A stretch of 64,000 nt of DNA, taken from assembly GCA_041937185.1 (NCBI GenBank), contig CP166621.1:2388571-2452570 (forward strand), read 5' to 3'. Under the pieces are notes generated by a model. It was not told the origin of the DNA and did no database searches. It saw only the letters and a program-made list of their open reading frames with translations. The DNA comes from Leptolyngbya sp. BL-A-14 (GTDB lineage Bacteria; Cyanobacteriota; Cyanobacteriia; Leptolyngbyales; Leptolyngbyaceae). Shown one piece after another: positions 39,558-49,617 of this stretch. Position numbers and translations under genes: made by a program. Position 1 is the first letter of the stretch; every line of letters starts with the position of its first letter.

Positions 39558-41318
39558 ATGAATTTTACGATCGCTCAACTGAAAAGCCGCTTCGAGCAAG
39601 CGCTGACTGCTGCCTTTGGTGCTGACTATGGATCAGTTGATCCAATTCTTGTGCCTGCTAGCAATCCCAAATTTGGTGATTATCAGGCGAATGTGTCGCT
39701 ATCGCTTGCGAAACCACTAGGTAAGGCACCCCGTGCGATCGCAGAACAGATCGTGCAACAGCTTGATGTGGCTGACCTGTGCGAAACACCGACGGTTGCT
39801 GGCCCAGGCTTTATTAACCTGACGTTGAAAACAAGCTATCTGGAAGCGCAGATTAAAGCCATTCAGTCTGATCCGCGTTTGGGAGTGGCACCGATCGCCA
39901 AACCCCAGCGCGTAATTGTGGATTATCCTAGCCCCAACATTGCCAAAGAGATGCACGTGGGACACTTGCGGTCTGCCATTATTGGGGACTGCATCGCGCG
40001 CATTTTGGAATTTGTGGGTCATGACGTTCTACGTATCAGCCATGTGGGCGACTGGGGCACTCCGTTTGGCATGCTTATTGCTTACCTGCGCGAAGCCTAT
40101 CCAGAAGCACTGACGGCAAATGAATCTCTAGACTTGGGCAACCTGTCCACGTTTTATCGGCAGGCAAAACAGCGGTTTGATGCCGACGAAGCGTTTCGTG
40201 AGGCGGCGCGATTATCCGTGGTACAGCTTCAGGCAGGCGATGCGGATACACTGCGTGCCTGGGAAATTGTGTGTGAATTATCCAGGCGTTCTTACCGAGT
40301 TATCTACGATCTGATGGGCATCGCACACGTCCTTGAACGGGGAGAGTCATTCTACAATCCACTGCTTGAAAGTGTGGTCGAAGATCTGAAGGCAAAGGGG
40401 CTATTAGTAGAGGACGGCGGTGCACAGTGCGTGTTTTTGGAGGGCTTTACGAATAAGGAAGGCAAGCCGTTACCGTTGATTGTGCAAAAGTCTGATGGCG
40501 GCTACAACTACGCGACGACAGACTTGGCAGCTATTCGCTATCGCGTGAAAGAGGACAAAGTACAACGGGTGATCTACCCAGTCGGGATGGAGCAGACCAA
40601 TCACTTTGCCCAAATTTTCCAGGTCGGACGACGGGCAGGCTGGATTACGGATGCGGTGGAGTTCATTCACACGCCGTTTGGGTTGGTACTAGGGGAAGAC
40701 AACAAAAAGCTGAAGACGCGATCGGGTGAAGCAGTCCGACTCCAAGATTTGCTGGATGAAGCGATCGCCCATGCCCATGCCGACCTTGAAGCGCGACTGA
40801 AAGAAGAAGGTCGGCAAGAGACGGACGAGTTTATTGCCAATGCGTCTCAAGTTACGGGCATCAGCGCGATTAAATACGCTGACTTAAGCCAGAACCGTAC
40901 CAGTAACTATATTTTCAACTACGACAAAATGCTGTCGCTGCAAGGTAATACGGCTCCTTACATGCTGTATGCCTATGTGCGCGTGCAGGGTATCAGCCGT
41001 AAAGGTCAAATCGATTTTGAGCAGTTGGGGGCTAATGCTGCCATTGTGTTGAAAGATGAATCCGAACTAACGTTGGCAAAACACATTCTGCAATTAGACG
41101 AAGTCCTGGCACAGATTGATCAGGATTTATTGCCCAATCGACTCTGCCAGTACCTGTTTGAGCTAAGCCAAAAGTTCAATCGGTTTTATGAGCAGTGCCC
41201 CATTCTGGATGCTGAGGAACCGTTGCGAACTTCTCGGCTGATTTTGGCTGATTTGACAGCAAGATCGCTCAAGCTGGGACTCTCGCTACTCGGCATTTCT
41301 GTGTTGGAGCGGATGTAA
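39558..41318 (+). CDS. argS: Arginine--tRNA ligase
   Basis: HVGH class I motif ([14 protein letters not shown]) and KMS-like region. Start at MNFTIAQLK; the ORF opens 78 nt earlier. Confidence 0.93.
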   Translation: MNFTIAQLKSRFEQALTAAFGADYGSVDPILVPASNPKFGDYQANVSLSLAKPLGKAPRAIAEQIVQQLDVADLCETPTVAGPGFINLTLKTSYLEAQIKAIQSDPRLGVAPIAKPQRVIVDYPSPNIAKEMHVGHLRSAIIGDCIARILEFVGHDVLRISHVGDWGTPFGMLIAYLREAYPEALTANESLDLGNLSTFYRQAKQRFDADEAFREAARLSVVQLQAGDADTLRAWEIVCELSRRSYRVIYDLMGIAHVLERGESFYNPLLESVVEDLKAKGLLVEDGGAQCVFLEGFTNKEGKPLPLIVQKSDGGYNYATTDLAAIRYRVKEDKVQRVIYPVGMEQTNHFAQIFQVGRRAGWITDAVEFIHTPFGLVLGEDNKKLKTRSGEAVRLQDLLDEAIAHAHADLEARLKEEGRQETDEFIANASQVTGISAIKYADLSQNRTSNYIFNYDKMLSLQGNTAPYMLYAYVRVQGISRKGQIDFEQLGANAAIVLKDESELTLAKHILQLDEVLAQIDQDLLPNRLCQYLFELSQKFNRFYEQCPILDAEEPLRTSRLILADLTARSLKLGLSLLGISVLERM

Positions 41319-41437
41319 AGTTTGGGGAGTAGGGAGTGGGGAATAACGACGTTGAGGATTGACCGCAGAGGCGCGGAGAGCGCAGAGGTTTCTTCTGTGC
41401 TATTTACGTTTCTGCGGTATGGCGGGGGCAAGCAATT

Positions 41438-41821
41438 TCAGCGTTGATTCGATCGATTAGGAGAGAGTGGTTGGACAGGTCTAACCGTCGGATTCGTTAA
41501 TCCACCGTTGGGACTATTAGGAGTGAGAAACGAACCGGAAGGGCTCACTGTGTTGCTACCTGTGGTGATGCGGCTGCCGTCTGGGTAATAGTACGTTTTA
41601 GAGCCATTTGCTCCTGGGACGGTAACGCTGGGATTAACAACCGTTCCAGTGGGGGTGACGATTGCGCCACCTTGATAAATCCGTGTGCCGGATGGGTAAT
41701 TGAGCAAATTGCCGCTGTTACTGGGACTAACGCTGCCGGAAGTTGTTTGGGCACTCACGGCTGTTGTTGTAGCGACGCTCACCAGCAAACTCAATAAACT
41801 ACGCACAACCAGAGCTTTCAT
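41438..41821 (-). CDS. Secreted low-complexity (T/S/G/P/N-rich) protein
   Basis: Signal peptide MKALVVRSLLSLLVSVATTTAVSA, then repetitive PSG/TG-rich sequence. Confidence 0.45.
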   Translation of the reverse strand: MKALVVRSLLSLLVSVATTTAVSAQTTSGSVSPSNSGNLLNYPSGTRIYQGGAIVTPTGTVVNPSVTVPGANGSKTYYYPDGSRITTGSNTVSPSGSFLTPNSPNGGLTNPTVRPVQPLSPNRSNQR

Positions 41822-41934
41822 TGCGGAATCTCGGTAGATCACGCTGATCTTAGATCAAACGCTGCATCTACGTCGTTCATCCAAAGGGAGTTCCTTGCCA
41901 ACCACATTCATCATTTGACGTAGGTGAGAAAAAT

Positions 41935-42888
41935 ATGACCAATGCCTCACAAATTAAGGAATACGCAACCGTTGTAGAACAGTCCGGTTCGCATCCAAAC
42001 TATTTTCAACTGCAACGTCAACTTCGGTTACTCATTGATCGATATCTTTCGACCGAGCATCTTCACGATCGCCTTCAAGACCTGCCCGTTCAATTTGCCA
42101 ATCCCCAAACACGTCCCTGGCAACCCATCGATTGGCACGCGATCGAGCGTCAGCAAATTGTGGGCATTGATCCCGATGTTTTTCTGTCGATCCTTGTGGG
42201 AGCGATCGATACCGAAGCTCCGATTCGGCAATATACCCAAACCAGTCGGCAATATCTGGAAACACTGCATCCTCAGCTTGCACGCTTTGTCGGAGGCACG
42301 ATCGCGGCAGACGGTTCACTGCTAGAGCCAGGCTTGTGGGAAAAAGAAGAACGTCAACATACTCCAGCACTGCTCAAAATCTATGCTCAACTAACCGGTG
42401 AAAAAATAACGCCGACTCCTCACGAAGCAAGACTCTACCAGCCGTCTGATCACCCTCACATGGCTCTCTATCGTCACGGGCTGCATCGCGTTGCCACGGA
42501 ATATGGTGCCACCTGTCTCTACCTCTGGTTGATGGCACACACAACCGGAGCATTGCGCACGGTGCTGGAAGAACTGGTGCGGGATGAAATCAACCACATG
42601 ACCAAATTCTGGGGCTTTGGTGTTTGGGCCTATCCTGAAACGTCGCTGCTGACGCTTGGTCATACGTTACTGAAAACGACGAAGCAACCGACCTACAGCC
42701 GCGATCGCAGTAGCCTCGTCGGCACTTTACACCGTATGACGGGTGTTCTCCACTGGCAAGACTGGACATGGACAAACCGTGCCACCTTTGCTTATACCTG
42801 TACCGTTATCTTGCAGCGCTTGTGGGGTTGGAGCAACAGCCTGACGCCGGAGTATTTGGAAGGGTTGTTTGGGAAGCGGGAGTTTTGA
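41935..42888 (+). CDS. Ferritin-like diiron-carboxylate protein (AurF/N-oxygenase-like)
   Basis: Two ExxH motifs (EKEERQHT, RDEINHM) spaced as in four-helix-bundle diiron enzymes; 317 aa. Confidence 0.5.
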   Translation: MTNASQIKEYATVVEQSGSHPNYFQLQRQLRLLIDRYLSTEHLHDRLQDLPVQFANPQTRPWQPIDWHAIERQQIVGIDPDVFLSILVGAIDTEAPIRQYTQTSRQYLETLHPQLARFVGGTIAADGSLLEPGLWEKEERQHTPALLKIYAQLTGEKITPTPHEARLYQPSDHPHMALYRHGLHRVATEYGATCLYLWLMAHTTGALRTVLEELVRDEINHMTKFWGFGVWAYPETSLLTLGHTLLKTTKQPTYSRDRSSLVGTLHRMTGVLHWQDWTWTNRATFAYTCTVILQRLWGWSNSLTPEYLEGLFGKREF

Positions 42889-42942
42889 GTTTTGAGTTTT
42901 GAGTTCAGTTGCAGTCAGCAGTTAACGGTCAACCATCAGCCG

Positions 42943-43323
42943 TCAGTTTTTTTGCCTTTCGCCCTTGCTTCCCCTGCTTCCCCTGCCTCTCTGCTCCTCA
43001 CCCTCAGCATCAATTTCCGCTCGCCAACGGTAAGCACGCAAGTTGATGCGTCCTTGAGCGTCGAACTGAATGCCTTCGGCTTCGAGGAGCGATCGCTGTA
43101 AATGATCACTGCCGTAGCGCACAGGCGATTCGGAGATCTCGCCCTTCGCGTTAATCACTCGATGCCAAGGGAGATCCATTTCTGGTGCTACACGAAACAG
43201 TGCGTAGCCGACTAAGCGTGCTCGTCCCGGCAAGTTTGCCAACTCTGCCACTTGTCCGTAAGTTGCTACCTGACCGTAGGGAATTTGTTGCACGATCGCG
43301 TAGATTGCATTGTAGGAAGACAT
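42943..43323 (-). CDS. Alkyltransferase-like (ATL) protein with an MGMT-family DNA-binding domain and no catalytic Cys
   Basis: Helix-turn-helix YGQVAELANLPGRARLVG, and PWHRVINAKG where Ogt/Ada have PCHRV. Confidence 0.75.
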   Translation of the reverse strand: MSSYNAIYAIVQQIPYGQVATYGQVAELANLPGRARLVGYALFRVAPEMDLPWHRVINAKGEISESPVRYGSDHLQRSLLEAEGIQFDAQGRINLRAYRWRAEIDAEGEEQRGRGSRGSKGERQKN

Positions 43324-43362
43324 AAAGGAAAGAATAAAGGCTTAAGGATAAAGGATAAGTTT

Positions 43363-44067
43363 TTAGCCTTCATACTTCTCTCTTCCTCCCTGCCGTCGCC
43401 AGAAAATTGCAACGCGTTCTTCCCATTGCTGCCAGTAATGACTGATGGTCTCAAGGTCAAACCAGAAGACTTCAGCGGGCAGATCGGGAATGGCGATCGC
43501 CAGCAGCGCATGATTCAAGTCCAAATCATAATCCTGGTAGGTGTGCTGCACGGCTCCCCAATAGGCAACGACCTGCAAAGGGTAATCGTTCAAGCGGTCT
43601 AAGGAATGTTTGGGACGATCGGCAGTTTTCCATTCACACAAGCACGCCATGCCCTCGTAACTGGCAACACAATCGACTTTTCCGGCATAACCAAGCTCGT
43701 GATGAAAGACAGTGCCTTCGACGAGTCGCACATCATCTACCGCTAGAATTACAGGCTTAATGCTCTCCCAATAGGGTTTGATGCCATCGGGGCAAGATAC
43801 AACCTCACCTTGCAGATACCGCTGCACCTGTTTGTGCGTCCCGGTGCCGCGCCGACTCGCTGTACTGGTGATACGAGCCGCTTCTTCAGTACCGACTCGT
43901 TCTTTCCAATGGGCAAGCGCATCCCGCTGTTGCTGCGATCGTGTCGCATTGAGAATGGTGCTGACGCTGGGCAAGCGATCGCCACGATCGTTCACGTAAT
44001 ACTGCCTGCCGTTTTGCCGCTCTTGTTTTGCGCTGAAAATAGGAAGCTTTTGAGAGTCAGACATCAT
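43363..44067 (-). CDS. PD-(D/E)XK nuclease family protein (phage exonuclease / Cas4-like fold)
   Basis: GT..H, GKVDCV...EWKT (D, E-x-K) nuclease motifs. Confidence 0.55.
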   Translation of the reverse strand: MMSDSQKLPIFSAKQERQNGRQYYVNDRGDRLPSVSTILNATRSQQQRDALAHWKERVGTEEAARITSTASRRGTGTHKQVQRYLQGEVVSCPDGIKPYWESIKPVILAVDDVRLVEGTVFHHELGYAGKVDCVASYEGMACLCEWKTADRPKHSLDRLNDYPLQVVAYWGAVQHTYQDYDLDLNHALLAIAIPDLPAEVFWFDLETISHYWQQWEERVAIFWRRQGGREKYEG

Positions 44068-44433
44068 ACCGTTGCGGCAGTTGTGTTCAGTTCACCTTTC
44101 TGGATTGTAGTCTTTCTGTACTGCTTAAACCGATGTCTATGCTCCATGTTAAGAAAGGCGAGCGTCTCAAAAAAACAGCCATTGGAAGCACCCAAACATA
44201 AATTACGCCTAATCAACTGGGAAACCGTATAATTTATTCTTAATCTACTATTTATCGATAGATTTACCGTATATTATTTTGAAACATCAATACGGCTAAC
44301 CTCAACCGCCAATGTCGCCCAACGACTGGTCTGGACTCTCGGCAGCAGTAAGTTGCCAATTCGTCGAGTCTCAGCAGTTCTTGGCGAAGCATTTGCGCGT
44401 GCCAGGGTCGGCAGAACGTCCAAAGGAGTGACA

Positions 44434-44907
44434 GTGAAGAACGTACGACGGGTCAGTGAGAAGTTGACTGTGACTGGGCAAGTGCAACCAGACCAACTTC
44501 AACAAGCAATTCAAGAAGGGTTTAAGTCTGTTTTGAACTTACGATCGCCAGATGAACTGGGCTTTGAAAAAGACGAACAACAGCTTGTAGAAGCACTGGG
44601 ACTGCATTACGTGCATATGCCGCTGAAGCTAGAGGCGATCGACGAAAACCTGATTACCGCCATTTTGAACCAGTTGGAACATATGCCTAAGCCTGCAATT
44701 GTGCATTGCGCTGCTGGGTTTCGATCAGCGTCGATCGCCATTTTGAGCCTTGCCATTCAAGAAGGGTTAACTCCAGAGCAAACTCTGGCCAAAGCGCGAC
44801 AGCTTGGGTTTGATTTTTTCGACTACGCCTGCGTCAATCCTCAGTTAAAGCAACGCTTTATGCGATATGTGAACGGGCGTGCAAAGGTAGCTGCAATCGC
44901 GAGCTAA
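44434..44907 (+). CDS. DUF442/TIGR01244-family CX5R phosphatase-fold protein
   Basis: HCAAGFRS (C-x5-R) P-loop. GTG start at 44434 is preceded by aaggag 6 nt upstream; the ORF opens at 44353. Confidence 0.6.
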   Translation: MKNVRRVSEKLTVTGQVQPDQLQQAIQEGFKSVLNLRSPDELGFEKDEQQLVEALGLHYVHMPLKLEAIDENLITAILNQLEHMPKPAIVHCAAGFRSASIAILSLAIQEGLTPEQTLAKARQLGFDFFDYACVNPQLKQRFMRYVNGRAKVAAIAS

Positions 44908-44936
44908 TGAACTCCCCACTCCCTACTCCCCACTCC

Positions 44937-45599
44937 TTACCGATGATTTTGTACGCCCACTTGCTGGCACATCTCAAGCAGTGGGCAGGTTGAACAACGA
45001 GGTAAATCGCCGGTGCAAATGTGTTTGCCAAACGGCACCAGTCGTTCGTTGATTTCAATCCAGTAACGCTGGGGTAACTTTGCTTCCAGCGCTGGCAACG
45101 TTTTTTCGGGGTTGCGCGTTTGCACATAGCCCCAACGGTTCGTGACGCGATGCACATGAATATCGACGCTGATGGATGACTGCTTGCAAGCAATGCCCAA
45201 CGTGAGATTGGCACATTTAGGGCCGACACCTGAGAAAGAGACGAGCGTATCAAAATCGCAGGGAAGCTCGTCACCATAGGTGTCCACAAGTTGGCGAGCG
45301 ATCGCCCAAATCTGCGGTGCCTTGGTTTCGTGAAAAGTCGAGTCGCGGATCAGGTCTTCAATCTCATCTGTGGTGAGGCGTACCATTGCTGACGGGGTGC
45401 GGGCGCGATCGAACAATTTGATCGCAACTGGAAGTGACGTTTCATCCCTCGTACGAATGGAGATGATGCAGGCAATGAGTTGCTCAAATGGCGACGTGTA
45501 GCCCAGTTCTGCCAACGCAAACATCGCTGCTTTCGGGAAGGGACGAACGGCTTCTCGCAGCAAGATCATTGCCTGATCAATATCAAAGGGTGGTTTCAA
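44937..45599 (-). CDS. nth: Endonuclease III (HhH-GPD glycosylase with 4Fe-4S cluster)
   Basis: FSGVGPKCANL helix-hairpin-helix with catalytic Lys, VDIHVHRV Asp, C-x6-C-x2-C-x5-C (CTGDLPRCSTCPLLEMC). Confidence 0.8.
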   Translation of the reverse strand: MKPPFDIDQAMILLREAVRPFPKAAMFALAELGYTSPFEQLIACIISIRTRDETSLPVAIKLFDRARTPSAMVRLTTDEIEDLIRDSTFHETKAPQIWAIARQLVDTYGDELPCDFDTLVSFSGVGPKCANLTLGIACKQSSISVDIHVHRVTNRWGYVQTRNPEKTLPALEAKLPQRYWIEINERLVPFGKHICTGDLPRCSTCPLLEMCQQVGVQNHR

Positions 45600-45742
45600 A
45601 AGGCTGAATGATGAAGGCTAAAGGCTAAAAAGGGTTGAAAGATAAGAGCGATCGCTTTATCCTTCATCCTTAATACTTTAGACTTCAGTCTTTGCCTTCC
45701 TTCAACAGGTAGAATATCTACGACCAACGTAAGGAATCCACT

Positions 45743-46615
45743 ATGTCTCAGGCAGCGATCGGCATTATTGGCGGCAGCGGACTCTACAAAATGGAGGCGC
45801 TAAAGGATGTAGAAGAAGTGACGATCGACACGCCCTTTGGCAAACCGTCGGATGCCATCATTCTGGGGACGATCGACGGTACGCGGGTAGCGTTTTTGGC
45901 ACGGCATGGCAGAAACCACCATCTCACGCCATCAGAACTGCCGTTTCGCGCCAATATCTACGCGATGAAAAGCTTAGGCGTACAGTATTTGATTTCTGCT
46001 TCCGCCGTTGGGTCGCTTAAGCAAGAAGCCAAGCCGTTGGATATGGTCGTGCCGGATCAGTTCATCGATCGCACTAAAAATCGCATCTCCACCTTCTTTG
46101 GCGATGGCATTGTTGCCCATATTGCCTTTGGTGATCCCGTTTGTCACAATCTGGCAGGGGTTTTAGCCGATGCCGTTGAAAGCCTCAATCTTACCGATGT
46201 CACACTGCATCGTGGTGGTACGTATGTGTGTATGGAGGGTCCTGCCTTTTCGACTAAAGCCGAATCCAACCTGTATCGCAGTTGGGGTGCGACCATCATC
46301 GGGATGACCAACCTGCCAGAAGCCAAACTGGCGAGAGAAGCTGAGATTGCCTACGCCACGTTAGCACTAGTGACGGACTACGACTGCTGGCACCCCGATC
46401 ATGACAGCGTCACCGTCGATCTGGTCATTGCCAATCTTCAGCGCAATGCCGTCAACGCGCAAAAAGTGATTCAAGAAACCGTCCGTCGCCTCACGGAGAA
46501 TCCACCGGCATCTGATGCCCATTCGGCACTCAAGTACGCGATTCTCACACCGTTGGATAAAGTGTCGGACGCAACAAAGGCGAAGCTGAATTTGCTGCTC
46601 CAAAAGTATCTTTAA
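45743..46615 (+). CDS. mtnP: S-methyl-5'-thioadenosine phosphorylase
   Basis: [11 protein letters not shown]-terminus and the PNP/MTAP family core. Confidence 0.9.
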   Translation: MSQAAIGIIGGSGLYKMEALKDVEEVTIDTPFGKPSDAIILGTIDGTRVAFLARHGRNHHLTPSELPFRANIYAMKSLGVQYLISASAVGSLKQEAKPLDMVVPDQFIDRTKNRISTFFGDGIVAHIAFGDPVCHNLAGVLADAVESLNLTDVTLHRGGTYVCMEGPAFSTKAESNLYRSWGATIIGMTNLPEAKLAREAEIAYATLALVTDYDCWHPDHDSVTVDLVIANLQRNAVNAQKVIQETVRRLTENPPASDAHSALKYAILTPLDKVSDATKAKLNLLLQKYL

Positions 46616-46619
46616 CAAA

Positions 46620-47108
46620 TTATGCAGACGGTGGAGGAATAATCTCGATGCCGTATTGAGGCGCGGTGGTTAGAATTTTGTCCAAGTCTTCAGGGCTCAA
46701 CGGAACCCCGGGCGTAATCTGACCATTCACAGCCTTGCCAACGTCAGCAATAAAATGCTCAAAGCCAGCAGGAGTCACCCAAATCATGACTTTGGCGGGC
46801 GTAGCAGTCGTATTGGTAAAGCGGTGAAGCTGACCTTTGGGCGAATGCAGGAACGTGCCAGCGCTAGCAACGAGGGTACGATCGTCAAGCTGAAACTCGA
46901 TCTCTCCTTCTTGCACGTAGAATGATTCATTTTCGCGTGTATGCCGATGGGGAGGTGTACCCCCTTGAGGTGCCACAATGACCTCAAAGAGTGCATACGC
47001 TTCACCCGTCTCTTCACCAATGGCCTTAAAGGTATAGAGGTCTTGACCGAAGTAGTAAGAACGTCCCTGACCAGGCTCAACAAATAGTCCGTTCTGATGA
47101 ATTGTCAT
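46620..47108 (-). CDS. Cupin domain protein
   Basis: GTPPHRHTRENESFYVQEGE, the cupin motifs G(X)5HXH...E and G(X)5PXG(X)2H. Confidence 0.7.
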   Translation of the reverse strand: MTIHQNGLFVEPGQGRSYYFGQDLYTFKAIGEETGEAYALFEVIVAPQGGTPPHRHTRENESFYVQEGEIEFQLDDRTLVASAGTFLHSPKGQLHRFTNTTATPAKVMIWVTPAGFEHFIADVGKAVNGQITPGVPLSPEDLDKILTTAPQYGIEIIPPPSA

Positions 47109-47316
47109 GACAACCAGCACTCCTTTTCTCGTTAGTTAAAAGCAGCCAGTTAACTGCTTGATTTTAGCGTGAAGAAAAAATCGCATCGCAGCCGCCAGAT
47201 AAGATTTGGAGGCAAGGGAGGAAAAACCGCATTTGCGACCCTGGCAATATCGGCAACGAAGAGTAAAGTATAAAAGGAACGATTGCTCGTCCTGACAGTC
47301 TTTTGGGAGGCAACGG

Positions 47317-47538
47317 ATGCAACAGGTTAATCTCAAGGACGCTGCCACTCAATTAGCGGATCTTGTTGAAGCAGCAGCCAGCGGCGAGGACGTTGTGATT
47401 ACCCGCAGCGATGGTGCATCATTCCAAATTGTTCCACTTGCAAAGCCTCGCCCCAAGTTTGGCAGTGCAAAAGGCTTGGTGAGCATATCTGAGGACTTTG
47501 ATGCGCCTTTAGAAGCTTTTGAGGACTATGCTCCATGA
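47317..47538 (+). CDS. vapB: Type II antitoxin (Phd/YefM- or VapB-like)
   Basis: 73-aa protein; 4-nt overlap with the downstream PIN-domain gene. Confidence 0.7.
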   Translation: MQQVNLKDAATQLADLVEAAASGEDVVITRSDGASFQIVPLAKPRPKFGSAKGLVSISEDFDAPLEAFEDYAP

Positions 47539-47921
47539 AACTTCTGCTCGATACCCATACGTTTCTGTGGTTTATCGAGGGTAGCTCTAATCTGAGTAAT
47601 ACAGCAAGAAGCTTGATTGAGGATGCAAAAAATCAGCGCTTTCTAAGTGTCGCCAGCCTTTGGGAGATGTCAATCAAGGTCAGCATGAGTAAGCTGATGC
47701 TCCAGATGTCATTCACTGATCTGGTGACCCAACAAGTCTACGGTAATGCGATCAATCTGCTTGAAATTCGAGCAGAGCATCTAGATGAGTTAGCAAAAAT
47801 GCCATTCCACCACAAAGATCCATTTGACCGACTGATCGTTGCTCAAAGCATCGTGGACAACATGGCTGTGTTATCGAAGGACAGTGCATTTGGAAGCTAT
47901 CCAGTAACGTTATTATGGTGA
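47535..47921 (+). CDS. vapC: VapC PIN-domain ribonuclease toxin
   Basis: LLLDTHTFLW (Asp1 region) ... SLWEMSIK ... PFDRLIVAQS conserved acidic residues of the PIN fold. Confidence 0.8.
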   Translation: MKLLLDTHTFLWFIEGSSNLSNTARSLIEDAKNQRFLSVASLWEMSIKVSMSKLMLQMSFTDLVTQQVYGNAINLLEIRAEHLDELAKMPFHHKDPFDRLIVAQSIVDNMAVLSKDSAFGSYPVTLLW

Positions 47922-48001
47922 GTCGATCGCCTCGCTTCAGAACTGATATTAGATTTCGCGATGCTTCACCTGACTGAATTAAGAGCGGCGATCGCTTGTA
48001 C

Positions 48002-48598
48002 TCAAAAGTAATCATTGATTGGATTTTTCTTCGCCCAAGATGCTACAGCACGTTCTACATCGTCTAAATTACCATCGACACCACGAATCCAGTGCTTGTA
48101 TTCATCACTGGGCAAACAAGAAGCAGCATAAATAAAAGCACGACGAATCCATGGAGTCATTTGGTTAAGGGATAATTTTCGACTGCGAAACCAAAAATCT
48201 TTCTTGCTTCGCCCCATAGCCAACAAAATTTCCCGCTTTGAGAAATCATCATCGAGCGCGTCATTATAAAGCTTGACATATTGGTCTTTTGAATTCCACT
48301 CTATATCTAATGCAAATGGTCTCAATAAATACATTCGGGAGTATTCGAGATGTGATGCAGTTGAAGTCTCATCCTTGTAAAAGCGGATGAGATCTTTACC
48401 AAGCAAAGACTTATCTGCAGGTGATAATGTGTCAAGTCTGAGCAAGTATTCAATGGTTTCACGTATTACTGGAACAAATTTACTGAAGTTATCAAAGATG
48501 GAGTCAAGTACAGCCGTATCACTAAGCTGCCCCAATCGTCGTAACAAAAACTTCAATAAGGAAAGATCTGGTTCTTCTTCTTCAATCTGCTCGTATAG
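48002..48598 (-). pseudogene. C-terminal helical-repeat portion of a defence-type reverse transcriptase gene, separated from its 5' part by the IS630 insertion
   Basis: The frame LYEQIEEEEPDLSLLKFLLRR... continues exactly from the sequence upstream of the IS once the IS and one TA copy are removed. The apparent ATG at 48613 lies inside the IS terminal repeat. Confidence 0.7.
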
Positions 48599-48615
48599 TA
48601 CAGCGTGTTGCATAA

Positions 48616-49221
48616 CTAATTGGTACAGTAACAGCAGTGAGCAAAGTAGTTTCGCAAGTCCCTACTCGAACAGAGGCTAACGCCCAGTTGTAATAGCTTT
48701 GTAATGGTTTCTACACTCTTCGGTACAAACCGCCGGATAAACGACTTCAACTGCCACCACAGGTGTTCAATCGGGTTGAACTCAGGTGAGTACGGCGATA
48801 AGTAAACAACCCTGGCTCCGACCGCTTCGATCATCTGCTCTATCCCTTCAACTTTATGGGCTTTGAGGTTATCCATCACCACCACTGCCCCCGGCCACAA
48901 CTTCGGGACGAGACGTGCGGACACAAACTGTTTGAAGTCTTCTCCTGTCATCGATTTGCCCAACGTTTGCATCGCCAGGATGGCGGTTTGACTAATCGCC
49001 CCAACGACGGTGATCCGGCGACCGCGGTAGAAGGGTTTGAGGTCATACACTCGTTGTCCCTTACAACTTCTTCCCCTGGTCTGCTTAACCCTTGCAGCAC
49101 TCCCATCTCGTCCAGGAAGACTAAATTTTCTGGCAGAACCGTACTGATCGTCCGCCAGTAGGCAACTCGTTGTGCTTGCTTATCCGCTGCTGCGGCTTGA
49201 GCACTGCGACAGGTTTTTTTT
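48616..49221 (-). CDS. IS630 transposase, DDE catalytic part (-1 frame; reached by programmed frameshift)
   Basis: LVFLDEMGV, DNLKAHK and SPYSPEFNPIEHLW DDE motifs. The frame stays open upstream of the first ATG back to the A8 run (49214-49221). Confidence 0.8.
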
Positions 49222-49560
49222 AACCGTTAACTGCTGTTTTTGCAAGAATCGGCACATCGTACTTTCACTCACACTCACCCCGGTTTTGTCTTGCCAATAC
49301 TCGCAATACTCTGCCAATGTATAGTCCTGGTGTGTCTCAACCATCTCTGCGATGTTCTGTTCATAGCCTGCCAGTTGGCTTGCCTTACCGCCTGTTGCTG
49401 GAGCAGGCTTCAGTGTTCCTGTGGCTTGCTTGCGCTTGAGCAACGACTGAACCGTATTTTTGCTGACCTGAAATCTCTCTGCTACCTTCCGAATCGAAGT
49501 ATTGCCTGTCTCATAGGTACTGATAATTTTTTCGCGTAGGTCGAGGGAGTAGGGCTTCAT
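49180..49560 (-). CDS. IS630 transposase, N-terminal HTH part (orfA)
   Basis: Helix-turn-helix region REKIISTYETGNTSIRKVAERFQVSKNTV, ending just after the A AAA AAA AC slippery run. Confidence 0.8.
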   Translation of the reverse strand: MKPYSLDLREKIISTYETGNTSIRKVAERFQVSKNTVQSLLKRKQATGTLKPAPATGGKASQLAGYEQNIAEMVETHQDYTLAEYCEYWQDKTGVSVSESTMCRFLQKQQLTVKKNLSQCSSRSSG

Positions 49561-49617
49561 AGCTATCCAAGTGGAAGACTCTCTCTATTGTGCCAAACCG
49601 TCGTGCAAAACGCTGTA

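Larger units (their letters stand above)
48601..49615 (-). mobile_element. IS630-family insertion sequence (1015 bp) with TA target-site duplication
   Basis: Imperfect terminal inverted repeats CAGCGTGTTGCA.../...TGCAAAACGCTG (48601-48612 and 49604-49615), flanked by TA at 48599-48600 and 49616-49617. Two transposase ORFs are joined by an A8 slippery run. Confidence 0.8.
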
